From contig JANXNV010000093.1 of the NCBI GenBank assembly GCA_025353925.1, forward strand, positions 1,786 through 65,785: DNA of 64,000 nucleotides, written 5' to 3'. Positions within the stretch are counted from its first letter, which is position 1; the number at the start of each line of letters is the position of its first letter. Shown here one piece after another: positions 38,645-47,310 of the stretch. A model generated the notes under the pieces. It worked only from the letters and a program-made list of their open reading frames with translations, was not told the origin of the DNA and did no database searches. A program made the position numbers and the translations under genes. This DNA is from Armatimonadota bacterium. GTDB lineage: Bacteria > Armatimonadota > Armatimonadia > Armatimonadales > Capsulimonadaceae.

Positions 38645-38676
38645 GAGTTTCACATAAAAAACATTTGAATTACTTT

Positions 38677-40737
38677 TCACCCCGCCACATGCCTCATCAA
38701 AAGCATCGCCACATCGTCTCGCCGCACATCCCCGGCGAAGTCGGCAACCTGGGTGTAAAGGGACTCGACGGCGGCGGCGGCGGTGAGGGTCGGGGGCGGG
38801 AGGAGGCGCAGGAGGCCTTCGGAGCCGAGGAACTCGCCGCCTTCGGCGCGGGCTTCGGTGAGGCCGTCCGTGTAGAGGAGCAGCAGGGAGCCGGGGGCCA
38901 GGGTGGCGGTCTGCTCCTCGTAATCCGCACCGGGGAGGCAGCCCAGGGCGATGCCGTCGCTGGCGGGCCATTCGGAGGCGGTGCCGTTTGCGTCGCGGCA
39001 AAGCGGCGGCTCGTGGCCGGCACTGGCGTAGGTCATCTCGCCGGTCTGCGTGTTAAGAACGCCGTAAAAGAGGGTGACAAAACCGTCGTGGCTGCTCAGG
39101 GAGCTGCACAGGACATCGTTGACGCGGGCCAGAACGTGGCCGGGGGCATTCGGGGTCTCCAGGGCGAAGCCGCGCAGGGTGTACTTGATCATGGCGGTCT
39201 GGACGGCGGCTTTGAGGCCCTTGCCGGAAACATCGGCCATGACGACCCCCCGCCGATGCCCGCCGAGATCGAACAGGTCAAAGAAGTCCCCGCCGATCTC
39301 GGCTTCTCCGAGGGCGGCCTGGTACTTGTGCGCGAACTCGATGGAGTCCACCGACGCGGGAACGTCCGGCAGCAGGCGGTTCTGCATAGTCTCGGCGATC
39401 TTCTTTTCGCGGTCGTAGGCAGCCTGCAGCTCGGTGAAGAGGTTGGCATTCTCTAAAGCGACGGACGCCTGCGCCGCCAACGCCCGGGCGAAGGCGGCGG
39501 CATCGGGTAGGCGCAGGCGAGGGGCGGAGTCCAGCAGGCAGAGCAGGCCAATGCCTTTGCGGTCCCGGGAGCGAAGGACAAAGAGGTAGCCGGGGCTGTC
39601 CAGAAACGCCGCCTCGGCACTCGTGAGGCCGAGCGCGGCGGGTGCATTCGCGACATAATGGGCGGGGGTGTCCGCCGACGGCGGCAGGTCGCCGGTGACG
39701 GCGGGGGACAGATCCGAGACGGCGCGGGGCAGAGACCGGCCGAAGAAGCCTTCGAGCAGCGTGCGGCCCTGCCCGGTTTCGTCCCGGGCGGCTTGATCAT
39801 CGTGCGCGGCCAGCGGGACAAACTCTTCGGCTTCCGGCTCGTATGCATAGACGGCGACCCGGCGGCACTGGAGGATACGGGCGGCTTCGTCGGCGAGGAT
39901 CTGCATCAGCAGCGGGGCATCCGATGAGGCCGCGATGGCATCGCCGGTACGGGCGACCAGGGTGCGCAGGATCTCGTCGCGGCGTTTGGTCTCCTGATAG
40001 AGCTGGGCGTTTTGCACGGCGACGGCGACGGTCGCGCTGATGGTTTCGAGCAGGATCTGGTCTTCATCGCTGAAGCCGAACAGGGGATTCAGTGCCCCGC
40101 CCCGGTTACCGACCAAAAAAATGCCCAGCACGGTGTCCTGCTGCTTGATGGGCACAACGATCAAGTTGCGCAGGCGGAGTGTGGCGGCCACCCGATCGGT
40201 CTTCCAGGTCTCCTCCAACCCCTGCCCACGACGGGTCGTGCCTGTGCGTCGTGTCAGGTCGGTCGATCCACTTCCCAGCTGCTCCGTCAGGAGAATCTGC
40301 ATTCCAGGCGTGAGATTGTAGAAGGCCTGGGCGGTCGGCTGCGGCCAGGCCGAGTCTTCGGAGAAAAGCCAGAGGGCACCCAGCTCGCCATCGACCGCCA
40401 GGGTGACTTCTTTGACGGCGACTTTCAGCACCGTCTGGATGTCCAAGGTCGCGGTGATCGCTCCGTCAATCGCGTGCAGGCTGCGCAGCTCGCTGCTCTG
40501 CCGGGTCACCTGCTTCTGCATCTGGTCGAAGCCGCGCAGCAAGAAGGGGGCAAGAACGATTGCCAGCACGGCGGCGACCCCGTTGATTGCAACTGTTGCG
40601 TAGCTCCAATGCGCGAAGCGGCCCGGCAGGAGCAGAGTCAGAAAGAGGCTGAGCAGGGCAAACAGCAAAATTCCGATGATCGCCGAGAGCCAGGAAATGC
40701 CTCCTGTCCGGCTGCTGATGAGTTGTGAGAAGTTCAT
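38677..40737 (-). CDS. Membrane-anchored GAF-domain PP2C (SpoIIE/RsbU-type) serine phosphatase
   Basis: Two N-terminal TM helices, GAF-like regions, and a C-terminal SpoIIE domain (GGDFFDLFDLGG...MADVSGKGLKAAVQTAMI...LLLYTDGLTEA). Confidence 0.85.
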   Translation of the reverse strand: MNFSQLISSRTGGISWLSAIIGILLFALLSLFLTLLLPGRFAHWSYATVAINGVAAVLAIVLAPFLLRGFDQMQKQVTRQSSELRSLHAIDGAITATLDIQTVLKVAVKEVTLAVDGELGALWLFSEDSAWPQPTAQAFYNLTPGMQILLTEQLGSGSTDLTRRTGTTRRGQGLEETWKTDRVAATLRLRNLIVVPIKQQDTVLGIFLVGNRGGALNPLFGFSDEDQILLETISATVAVAVQNAQLYQETKRRDEILRTLVARTGDAIAASSDAPLLMQILADEAARILQCRRVAVYAYEPEAEEFVPLAAHDDQAARDETGQGRTLLEGFFGRSLPRAVSDLSPAVTGDLPPSADTPAHYVANAPAALGLTSAEAAFLDSPGYLFVLRSRDRKGIGLLCLLDSAPRLRLPDAAAFARALAAQASVALENANLFTELQAAYDREKKIAETMQNRLLPDVPASVDSIEFAHKYQAALGEAEIGGDFFDLFDLGGHRRGVVMADVSGKGLKAAVQTAMIKYTLRGFALETPNAPGHVLARVNDVLCSSLSSHDGFVTLFYGVLNTQTGEMTYASAGHEPPLCRDANGTASEWPASDGIALGCLPGADYEEQTATLAPGSLLLLYTDGLTEARAEGGEFLGSEGLLRLLPPPTLTAAAAVESLYTQVADFAGDVRRDDVAMLLMRHVAG

Positions 40738-40778
40738 TCAGTACTGCACTTCAGTGAAATTCGAAAAGTCTGGGCATG

Positions 40779-41002
40779 ATGTGACGGTGGGCTTTCGGAA
40801 CCCACCCCGCAGCGAGCTGCGACCCTGCCCGAAACGGGAGGGTAAGCGGGAAAAGATCTGTTGAGTCCACATTATTTAATCGAACCCTTTGGAAGGCCTT
40901 CCGCTAAATAGACGAACACCCTGTCCCCTTCCCGTCCACCCTCCCGTTTCGGGCAGGGTCGCAGCTCGCTGCGGGGTGGGTTCCGAAAGCCCACCGTCAC
41001 AT
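40779..41002. repeat. Long perfect inverted repeat (about 65-bp arms, 94-bp spacer)
   Basis: Left arm 40779-40843 (atgtgacggtgggctttcggaacccaccccgcagcgagctgcgaccctgcccgaaacgggagggt) is the exact reverse complement of 40938-41002. Each arm itself contains three small hairpins. Confidence 0.95.
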
Positions 41003-41020
41003 TGGTGACTGATTTCGCCT

Positions 41021-41254
41021 TCAAATCGCATCTTTCCACCCATCGGGTACATAACCGGACAATAGAATCAAGGGCTTGAGTTCCAGTGCTGCCGCAGATG
41101 CTGCCACAGGCTCCGCCGAACGCTCTACTTCCAGCGTGACGTTGACGCCCCCCTCCAGGACAATCGTCAGCGGCTCCGTGCGGCGGGCGACTTCGCGGAG
41201 CAGATCGGTGGCATTCCGATCCCCGACTTCTTCCAGCGTAATTGTGCGTCCCAT
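41021..41254 (-). CDS. Small hypothetical protein (antitoxin-like fold possible)
   Basis: 77 aa with good GC3, starting 10 nt after the ychF stop. The N-terminal TITLEEVGDRNATDLLREVARRTEPLTIVLEG loosely resembles Phd/AbrB-type antitoxins. There is no partner gene. Confidence 0.45.
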   Translation of the reverse strand: MGRTITLEEVGDRNATDLLREVARRTEPLTIVLEGGVNVTLEVERSAEPVAASAAALELKPLILLSGYVPDGWKDAI

Positions 41255-41264
41255 GCTGTTTCTC

Positions 41265-42371
41265 CTACACTTTGAACCGAATGTTCAGAATATCACCGTC
41301 TTTAACCGGATACTCTTTGCCTTCCAGGCGCATCTTGCCGGCGGTTTTCGCCGCTTCCAGGCTGCCGGTGGTAATGAGGTCGTCGAAGCCGAGGACTTCG
41401 GCGCGGATGAAGCCGCGGGCGAGGTCGGAATGGATCCGGCCCGCCGCTGCCAGGGCATTCGCCCCGGACGAAACGGTCCAGGCGCGGACTTCGTCCTCGC
41501 CGACGGTGAAAAACGACATCACGCCGAGGGCTTTGTAGGCCGCCCGGATCAAACGCGCACTGGCGGGTTCGGTAATCCCGAGGGCGTCCAAGAACTCGCG
41601 CTGGTCGGCTTCGTCGAGCTGGGCGACTTCCTCTTCCGCCGCGGCGCACAGAGGAATCAACTCGATTCCTTCGGCAGCACACTGGTCGCGCAGGGGCTGA
41701 AGTAGGGCGAGGGTGTCCGCCGACGCGATATCGGCCTCCCCGACATTGACCACGGCAATCAGCGGCTTACCGGTGAGGAAGTCGAAGTTCTTGGTCATCT
41801 TCCGCTCGTCTTCGTCCAGCTCCACGGCGGAAACGGGCTTGAAATCGTCGAGCACGGCCTTAATCTTCAGCAGGGTCTCGCGCTCGGCGGTCTCCGGGCT
41901 GGGAATGCCCTGCTTGCGGGTCTTGAGCTGTTTATCGATGCGCTCCAGGCGGGTTTCGATGACGCTCAGGTCACCCAGCAGCAGCTCTTCGGTGATGGAC
42001 TGATACTCTTTGAGCGGGTTCAGCCCGCCGGGCGGAGGCGGGAGTGAGGGCGTTTCGTAGGCACGGACAACCAGCACCAGGGCATCGACGGAGCGGATGC
42101 CGACAAAAAAGTCCGCGCCGAACTTCTGGGTCGTCTTCCCGGCTCCTTCGCCGGAAAGCTGCGCCGCACCGTCGGTGAACTCGATCGTCGCCTGCGTTCG
42201 CTTCTTGGGGCTGAATAAGCTCACGGCAAAATCGTAGCGCGGGTCGGGCACGGGCACGACACTGACCAGGGCCGCGCTGCCGCCGCCCGCCGGGCTGGAT
42301 TCGCCGCGAGTAAGTGCATGAAATAACGTGGTCTTGCCGGAATGCGGCAAGCCGATGAGGCCGACTTTCAA
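41265..42371 (-). CDS. ychF: Redox-regulated ATPase YchF (Obg-family)
   Basis: The G1 motif is GLIGLPHSGKTTLFHALT. The C-terminal YchF/TGS-like part is AWTVSSGANALAAAGRIHSDLARGFIRAEV. Confidence 0.9.
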   Translation of the reverse strand: MKVGLIGLPHSGKTTLFHALTRGESSPAGGGSAALVSVVPVPDPRYDFAVSLFSPKKRTQATIEFTDGAAQLSGEGAGKTTQKFGADFFVGIRSVDALVLVVRAYETPSLPPPPGGLNPLKEYQSITEELLLGDLSVIETRLERIDKQLKTRKQGIPSPETAERETLLKIKAVLDDFKPVSAVELDEDERKMTKNFDFLTGKPLIAVVNVGEADIASADTLALLQPLRDQCAAEGIELIPLCAAAEEEVAQLDEADQREFLDALGITEPASARLIRAAYKALGVMSFFTVGEDEVRAWTVSSGANALAAAGRIHSDLARGFIRAEVLGFDDLITTGSLEAAKTAGKMRLEGKEYPVKDGDILNIRFKV

Positions 42372-42616
42372 AGTGATTGCTCCTGACGATGCTTATGTTT
42401 AATGTCTGTGACTGGTGTCGTATTTGATTCGAGCCATAATTTAGCCATGTCCGGCCATAATTCGGCCATGTCCGGGTGGTACGCCGAAGAGCGTAAAAAT
42501 CAGGAGCGTGGGAGTAAACTCCTACGCTGTGGGGCGCAGACGCCCAATTTCGACCTTCGTCGAAAAAGATATTCGGAGTGCCACGCTCCTCATTCCTACG
42601 CTCCTCTCTCGATAGG

Positions 42617-43036
42617 CTAAACTTCCTCACCCGTTTCCTCAGCACCAGGCCAGGTCGTATTGTCCGCATGGTGCTGTTTCTGGTTTGCGATATACTTCAC
42701 AACCGTTCCAATCTTGCTGCGGCAGATGGCATTCGCTGAATAACTCCCCTGCCAGGCGAACCACTCCCCGGGCCGCAGCTTTTGAGAGAAAAAGCGTGAT
42801 GAGCCGCCTTTGACATTCTTCATCAAGCCGCCCAAGGTGATAGTATTCGGCAGCATGACGAAGAGATGGATATGATTGGGCATTCCGCCGACTGCCAGAA
42901 CTTCACACTTATCATCGTGACAGACTTTCTCCATATATCGGTAGAGTTCGCGCTCAATGTCAGAACTGATCAGAGGCAGACGGTCCCATGTTGCCCACAC
43001 GAAGTGGATGGGGACGCACAACTTGTTTTTGAGCAT
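42617..43036 (-). CDS. REP-associated tyrosine transposase (IS200/IS605 TnpA-like Y1 HUH enzyme)
   Basis: The HUH motif is MPNHIHLFVML and the catalytic-Tyr region is VVKYIANQKQHH. ATG at 43036 has an AAGGAGAG RBS (the track ORF extends to 43087). It is flanked by REPs. Confidence 0.85.
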   Translation of the reverse strand: MLKNKLCVPIHFVWATWDRLPLISSDIERELYRYMEKVCHDDKCEVLAVGGMPNHIHLFVMLPNTITLGGLMKNVKGGSSRFFSQKLRPGEWFAWQGSYSANAICRSKIGTVVKYIANQKQHHADNTTWPGAEETGEEV

Positions 43037-43280
43037 TTGTCTCTCCTTAGATTTTCTTGCTTCATATCCATATGAAGGACTCGGCACACCTAAATCACAG
43101 CCGCGAAGAGTGCGGGAGTAAGCAGCGTGGGAATAAGGAGCATGGGAATAAATTCCTACGCTGTGGGGCGCAGACGCCCAGTCGCGGCCTTCGCCGGGAC
43201 AAGAGTGTATTTACGGTCCTGAATCTTTTTCGACGCAGGTCGAAATTAGGCGTCCGCGCCCCACAGCGTAGAACTTTAGT

Positions 43281-43355
43281 TCCACGCCTTTTCTGTCCAC
43301 GCCTTTTCTGTCCACGCCTTTTCTATCCACACCTTTTCTACCCACGCCTTCTTCG
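43281..43355. repeat. 15-nt tandem array x5 (tccacgccttttctg consensus)
   Basis: Units start at 43281, 43296, 43311, 43326 and 43341, with increasing divergence. Inverted degenerate copies lie on the other side of the element (43108-43152). Confidence 0.85.
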
Positions 43356-43378
43356 CGCCCGTCTTTATTTTACACCAT

Positions 43379-44911
43379 CTACTCAACCGCCTTTACCTGC
43401 CACCAGTTGACGCTCACGCCGCGGGTCTCCCAGACTAGGGACACGGTGTGGTCGCTTTTTGGCGCAAAGGTGTACGCGCCCATATCCACCGTTGTCCAAA
43501 TCTGATCGCCGCCGGTCTTTGGCAGGACGACGGACGGATAAATCACGCCGTCGATGACGAAATGCAGGCGACTCTTCGCCGACGGCGTGGCGACGCGGAC
43601 CAGCAGATGCACTTTGCCCTGGATCGGCACTTCCCGCCAGCGCAGCGTTTCCCCTGCCCGGCCCTTGCAGACAGCATACCCGCCATACGTGTCGGTCGTG
43701 TCCTCGATGTCTATGGGGCCGTTTCGATAATAGTTCGGCTTGTCGGGGCGAGCCGCCGCTCCGCTGAAATCGTCGCAGCCTTCCGCCTCTTCTTTGAGAT
43801 CCACGGGGAACGGATGGCGGCTGAAACGGCGCACCTGATTGATCCGCTGATTCGGGTAATCGTAAAAGGTCTGCGCGTAGCCGAATGGCTTTCCGGACTC
43901 ATCGAGGTTTCGTGCCCGCCACAAAGTCGTATTCTCCCAGTAATCATCGAAGCCTTCGATGAATGTCGAGACGCATTTTTCGCTTCCTACCGTGCCGCGC
44001 AGACCGTCTGCCAGTGTCTCTCCATGCTTCGGGTCAACGATCCAGACGGGCGCGTTCGGGTCGGCATTCGCCGAGATATGGAACTGCGGAATGCAAGTTC
44101 CCAGGGTCACCCCATGCCAAGTTTCCGTGTTCCAGGTCGAGTAGACCGGCCCCGGCACGGGGGTAAACCAGGGGTAGACGGCGTCTACAATCGCGGGATC
44201 GTCGCTGGACGGGTCATTTTTCACCCAGTCGCGCGGGACCATAATGTAGGGGTTGAAGCCAAACGTGCTTTTGCACTGTGCCCGCAGGTATTTCAGCAAT
44301 TTGGAGCCGTTCCCATTTAGGTTCGACAAAAATGCTGGGGAGCCGGACCAGATGGCGTAGACCGGACGGCCCTGTATTTTGTAGCGGTTCGCGTCGGGGA
44401 CATTCTGAAAGAACGGCTTCAGGTTTTTGTCCCAGACATACGCCCAGTTCTCCTCTTTGCCGACATCGAACGGTTCTTTGTATCCGTAACCGCTGCCGTG
44501 ATCGAAGTTCCAGAGTGCGGTCCAGGACGCGGGGTTATCGTCGAAGGCCATGATCTTGACCCGATCCGTCAGCCCGCGTTTTTGAAGTGCCGCCGCGCAG
44601 TTCCCAAAAGTCGCCGGCTGATTGTTGCCCTTGAGCCAGACGGCGATGAAATCGATCTGGGCGGATTGGTACTGCTCCGCCATGCTGTCCCAGTAGCGGG
44701 CATGGTCAGTGTCAGGCAAATTGAACAGCGGCAGCGCATAAACCGTGTTTGTCCGGGCGAACGCCTGCAGACCACCGGTGTCCATCTGGCTGTGACCGAA
44801 GGCATCCACATCCGCATTGACATCCGCCCCCAACGCTCCGGCGTCAGCCACAAGGGCCAGCGGCCCGCAAAGCAGCATCAAGACACCCAATATTCTCAGG
44901 AGATTTCTCAT
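43379..44911 (-). CDS. Secreted glycoside-hydrolase-like protein with a C-terminal CBM6/35-like carbohydrate-binding module
   Basis: ATG at 44911 (MRNLLRILGVLMLLCGPLALVADA signal); the track ORF extension to 45349 is spurious. The C-terminal AEGCDDFSG...GGYAVCKG.AGETLRW....GKVHLLVRVA...TGGDQIWTTVDMG...VNWWQV fits the CBM6-like pattern. The catalytic family is not identified. Confidence 0.6.
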   Translation of the reverse strand: MRNLLRILGVLMLLCGPLALVADAGALGADVNADVDAFGHSQMDTGGLQAFARTNTVYALPLFNLPDTDHARYWDSMAEQYQSAQIDFIAVWLKGNNQPATFGNCAAALQKRGLTDRVKIMAFDDNPASWTALWNFDHGSGYGYKEPFDVGKEENWAYVWDKNLKPFFQNVPDANRYKIQGRPVYAIWSGSPAFLSNLNGNGSKLLKYLRAQCKSTFGFNPYIMVPRDWVKNDPSSDDPAIVDAVYPWFTPVPGPVYSTWNTETWHGVTLGTCIPQFHISANADPNAPVWIVDPKHGETLADGLRGTVGSEKCVSTFIEGFDDYWENTTLWRARNLDESGKPFGYAQTFYDYPNQRINQVRRFSRHPFPVDLKEEAEGCDDFSGAAARPDKPNYYRNGPIDIEDTTDTYGGYAVCKGRAGETLRWREVPIQGKVHLLVRVATPSAKSRLHFVIDGVIYPSVVLPKTGGDQIWTTVDMGAYTFAPKSDHTVSLVWETRGVSVNWWQVKAVE

Positions 44912-45031
44912 TCCACCCCAACTGCTCGTTATCGTGGAGCTATTGTACCTTGTTTTAAGACGCTTCCTCCTAAGCACGTTTATTCGGGTCGACTGCAGGG
45001 AATAAGCGTACAATCTTAGGAGGAATACGAC

Positions 45032-45352
45032 ATGCAACTTTTCAATGCACAACCCGCACCAGTGGCCCGCACCCGCCGATGGCCGCAGGTGCTGGCGGCG
45101 ACGGTGCTTCTCGGCGGCCTGATGACCGCTCTGGCGGGCTGCAACGACAATCCGCCGCCGACCACACCGGTGGTAGTCACGCCCGGCCCGTCCACGCATA
45201 CGACTACGACCGTTCCGGTTCCCGTCCCCGTGCAGGGCGCACCCGGACCCGCCGGTGCCCCGGGAGCGGCAGGCGCACCGGGAGCACCCGGTGCCCCAGG
45301 CGCACCCGCTCCTTCCGGCCCTCCCGCCGCGTCGGGAACGACCGGCCAATAA
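45032..45352 (+). CDS. Small lipoprotein with a collagen-like Gly-X-Y tract
   Basis: AGGAGG RBS, lipobox LLGGLMTALAGC, a T/P/V-rich linker, then GAPGPAGAPGAAGAPGAPGAPGAP (8 Gly-X-Y triplets). A terminator follows. Confidence 0.65.
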   Translation: MQLFNAQPAPVARTRRWPQVLAATVLLGGLMTALAGCNDNPPPTTPVVVTPGPSTHTTTTVPVPVPVQGAPGPAGAPGAAGAPGAPGAPGAPAPSGPPAASGTTGQ

Positions 45353-45363
45353 TCTCTCGGAAA

Positions 45364-45396
45364 GCTGCCGTGCATTTTATGCACGGCAGCTTTTTT
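45364..45396 (+). terminator. Rho-independent terminator
   Basis: 12-bp stem gctgccgtgcat / atgcacggcagc, 3-nt loop, T6 tail. Confidence 0.8.
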
Positions 45397-45501
45397 ATGC
45401 CTGTTCCTGCATTTTCGTGCTATACTAAAGAACAGCATCGCAAGACAAACAGCATCGCAAGCCAGGGGATCGGGCGGCCACCCCCGCGGAAAGCCTCACC
45501 A

Positions 45502-47310
45502 ATGCCTACCACCAGCCGGGTGAACCGTACCAGTGACCAGATCTGCGCTGATGTTGTGCAGATATTCGGCTTCCTCTCGCCTTTCTTCGAACCTGCCAGA
45601 TCGACCCCGCTCGTGCTGGAGAGCTTATGGCAGATGACGCTTCTGGCGGACATCGACTGTGTCCTGCCTGTGCCGTTCCAGCAGCGGCTGAATGCTTCGC
45701 TGGCACGATTCTGCGACGTGCCGTATTATATGATCTGCCACGCGTCGACTTTGCGCCCTCTCGCCCTGAGCGGTGGGGACGTGCTGGCACTTTTGAAGGC
45801 CCCTTCCCCGTCGGACTCTGACGTGGAAGAGCAGCTCCGCCTGCTTCACGCAGCACCCATTTCCCTTTCGGCATTTCCCCCGCCTGATGCTCCACAGGAG
45901 CTTGCCCTGCTCACCTGCGCTGTGGCACTGTTTTTGCGCGGGCCGCAGGAGGCGGCCTGCCGGGAGTGCCTCGAAGGCGTTCTCGGGCCGGAGCTTTTCA
46001 AGAGTCTCACTCTGTATCTGTCTTACATTCAAACGTGTCATACCTGGCTGGAGCTGCACCCGGACATCTCTTATCGCCCCGACCAGCGCGTACAGGACCG
46101 GCTGGCACTGCTCCTGGCGGACGAACCCGCCCTGGGCAGCTTCTTCCGAACTTACCGAGACGCGGTAGAAAGGCAGCGGTTCAGCCGGATCGAGCGCAAG
46201 GTCGCTGTGGAATCTCGGCAGGCAAGTGACCGTTCCCACGCCATATTGGAAAGCATCGCCGACGCTTTTTACGCGCTGGATACGGAGTGGCGTTTCACTT
46301 ACATCAATGCCGCGGCGGAGCGAATCGTTCAGCGTACGCGGGAAGAGCTGCTTGGGAAAGTTGTTTGGGAAGAGTTTCCGGAGGCAAAGGACTCTGTGGT
46401 CTACACGCAGTATCACTGCGCGGCAGCGGAGAGGGTGCCGGTCTCATTTGAGTTCTTTTATCCGCCGCTGGATACCTGGCTCGCGGTACGCGCTTATCCC
46501 TCCGCCGAGGGAATCTCCGTGTTTTTCCAGGACGTTACCGAACGAAAAGCCGGAGAGGAAGCGCGGTGGCGGCAGGCGGCCCAGCGCGAAGGCGAAGAGC
46601 GCAACCGCTTGATGGTCGATGCCCTCCCGCATATTGCCTGGACCGCCGGGCCAAGCGGGGTGAGAGACTATTACAATCGGCGCTGGTACGCGTATTCCGG
46701 CCTGACGGTCGAGGAAACGCAAGCGGGGGGCTGGGAAGATGTCATGCATCCCGAGGACATCACCCAGGCCGCCGCAATTTGGGATGCCGCCATTGAAGCC
46801 GGGGAGGCCTGGGGCGCGGAGTACCGTCTGCGCCGCAGCGACGGCACGTTTCGCCTGCACCTGGGCCGCTCGGAACCCATCCGAGCAGCGGGGAAAATCA
46901 TTCGCTGGGTCGGGACCGCCACTGACATCGAGGATCGACGGGTGGCGGAAGAGGCACTGAAAACTTCTTACCTCCGAACGGCCCGGATCCTCGAAAGTAT
47001 CTCGGATGCGTTTTACGCGCTTGACACGCAGTGGAACTTCACCTATGTCAACTCTCAGGCGGCGGAGCTGCTGCACCGTTCACGCGAGGAGCTGATGGAC
47101 AAGAATATTTGGGCGGAGTTCCCCGACGCGGTCGGCACGAAGCCATACCTGCTGTTCCATCGTGCCTTGAAGACGGGTCAGGCCCAGTCGTTTGAAGAAT
47201 ATTACGCGCCGCTTTCTACCTGGTTCGAGGTGCGGGCGTATCCCTCGCCCGAGGGCCTTTCCGTCTGCTTCCGCGACATCAGTGAGCGCAAGGCGCAGGC
47301 TACGGTGTAG
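45502..47310 (+). CDS. PAS-domain protein (unknown N-terminal domain plus three PAS domains, no output domain)
   Basis: ATG at 45502 within track ORF 45079..47310. PAS 1 and 3 are closely related (ILESI(A/S)DAFYALDT(E/Q)W.FTY(I/V)N...AYPS.EG(I/L)SV.F.D(V/I).ERK). The middle PAS is VDALPHIAWTAGPSG...YRLRRSDGTF... Confidence 0.75.
   Translation: MPTTSRVNRTSDQICADVVQIFGFLSPFFEPARSTPLVLESLWQMTLLADIDCVLPVPFQQRLNASLARFCDVPYYMICHASTLRPLALSGGDVLALLKAPSPSDSDVEEQLRLLHAAPISLSAFPPPDAPQELALLTCAVALFLRGPQEAACRECLEGVLGPELFKSLTLYLSYIQTCHTWLELHPDISYRPDQRVQDRLALLLADEPALGSFFRTYRDAVERQRFSRIERKVAVESRQASDRSHAILESIADAFYALDTEWRFTYINAAAERIVQRTREELLGKVVWEEFPEAKDSVVYTQYHCAAAERVPVSFEFFYPPLDTWLAVRAYPSAEGISVFFQDVTERKAGEEARWRQAAQREGEERNRLMVDALPHIAWTAGPSGVRDYYNRRWYAYSGLTVEETQAGGWEDVMHPEDITQAAAIWDAAIEAGEAWGAEYRLRRSDGTFRLHLGRSEPIRAAGKIIRWVGTATDIEDRRVAEEALKTSYLRTARILESISDAFYALDTQWNFTYVNSQAAELLHRSREELMDKNIWAEFPDAVGTKPYLLFHRALKTGQAQSFEEYYAPLSTWFEVRAYPSPEGLSVCFRDISERKAQATV

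Larger units (their letters stand above)
42508..43355. mobile_element. RAYT locus: a Y1 (HUH) transposase gene bracketed by family-A REP elements and a 15-nt tandem array
   Basis: A half element lies at 42508-42568 (gtgggagtaaactcctacgctgtggggcgcagacgccc...), the gene at 42617-43036, a full palindromic element at 43143-43285, and the 15-mer array at 43281-43355. Confidence 0.75.

Noticed and set aside
44912-45349. 5' extension of the glycosidase-like gene to 45349, and of the PAS gene back to 45079
   Set aside because: The extensions are Arg/Gly/Cys-rich nonsense. They run across a divergent promoter region and the collagen-like lipoprotein gene, and sensible starts with an RBS or signal peptide exist at 44911 and 45502.
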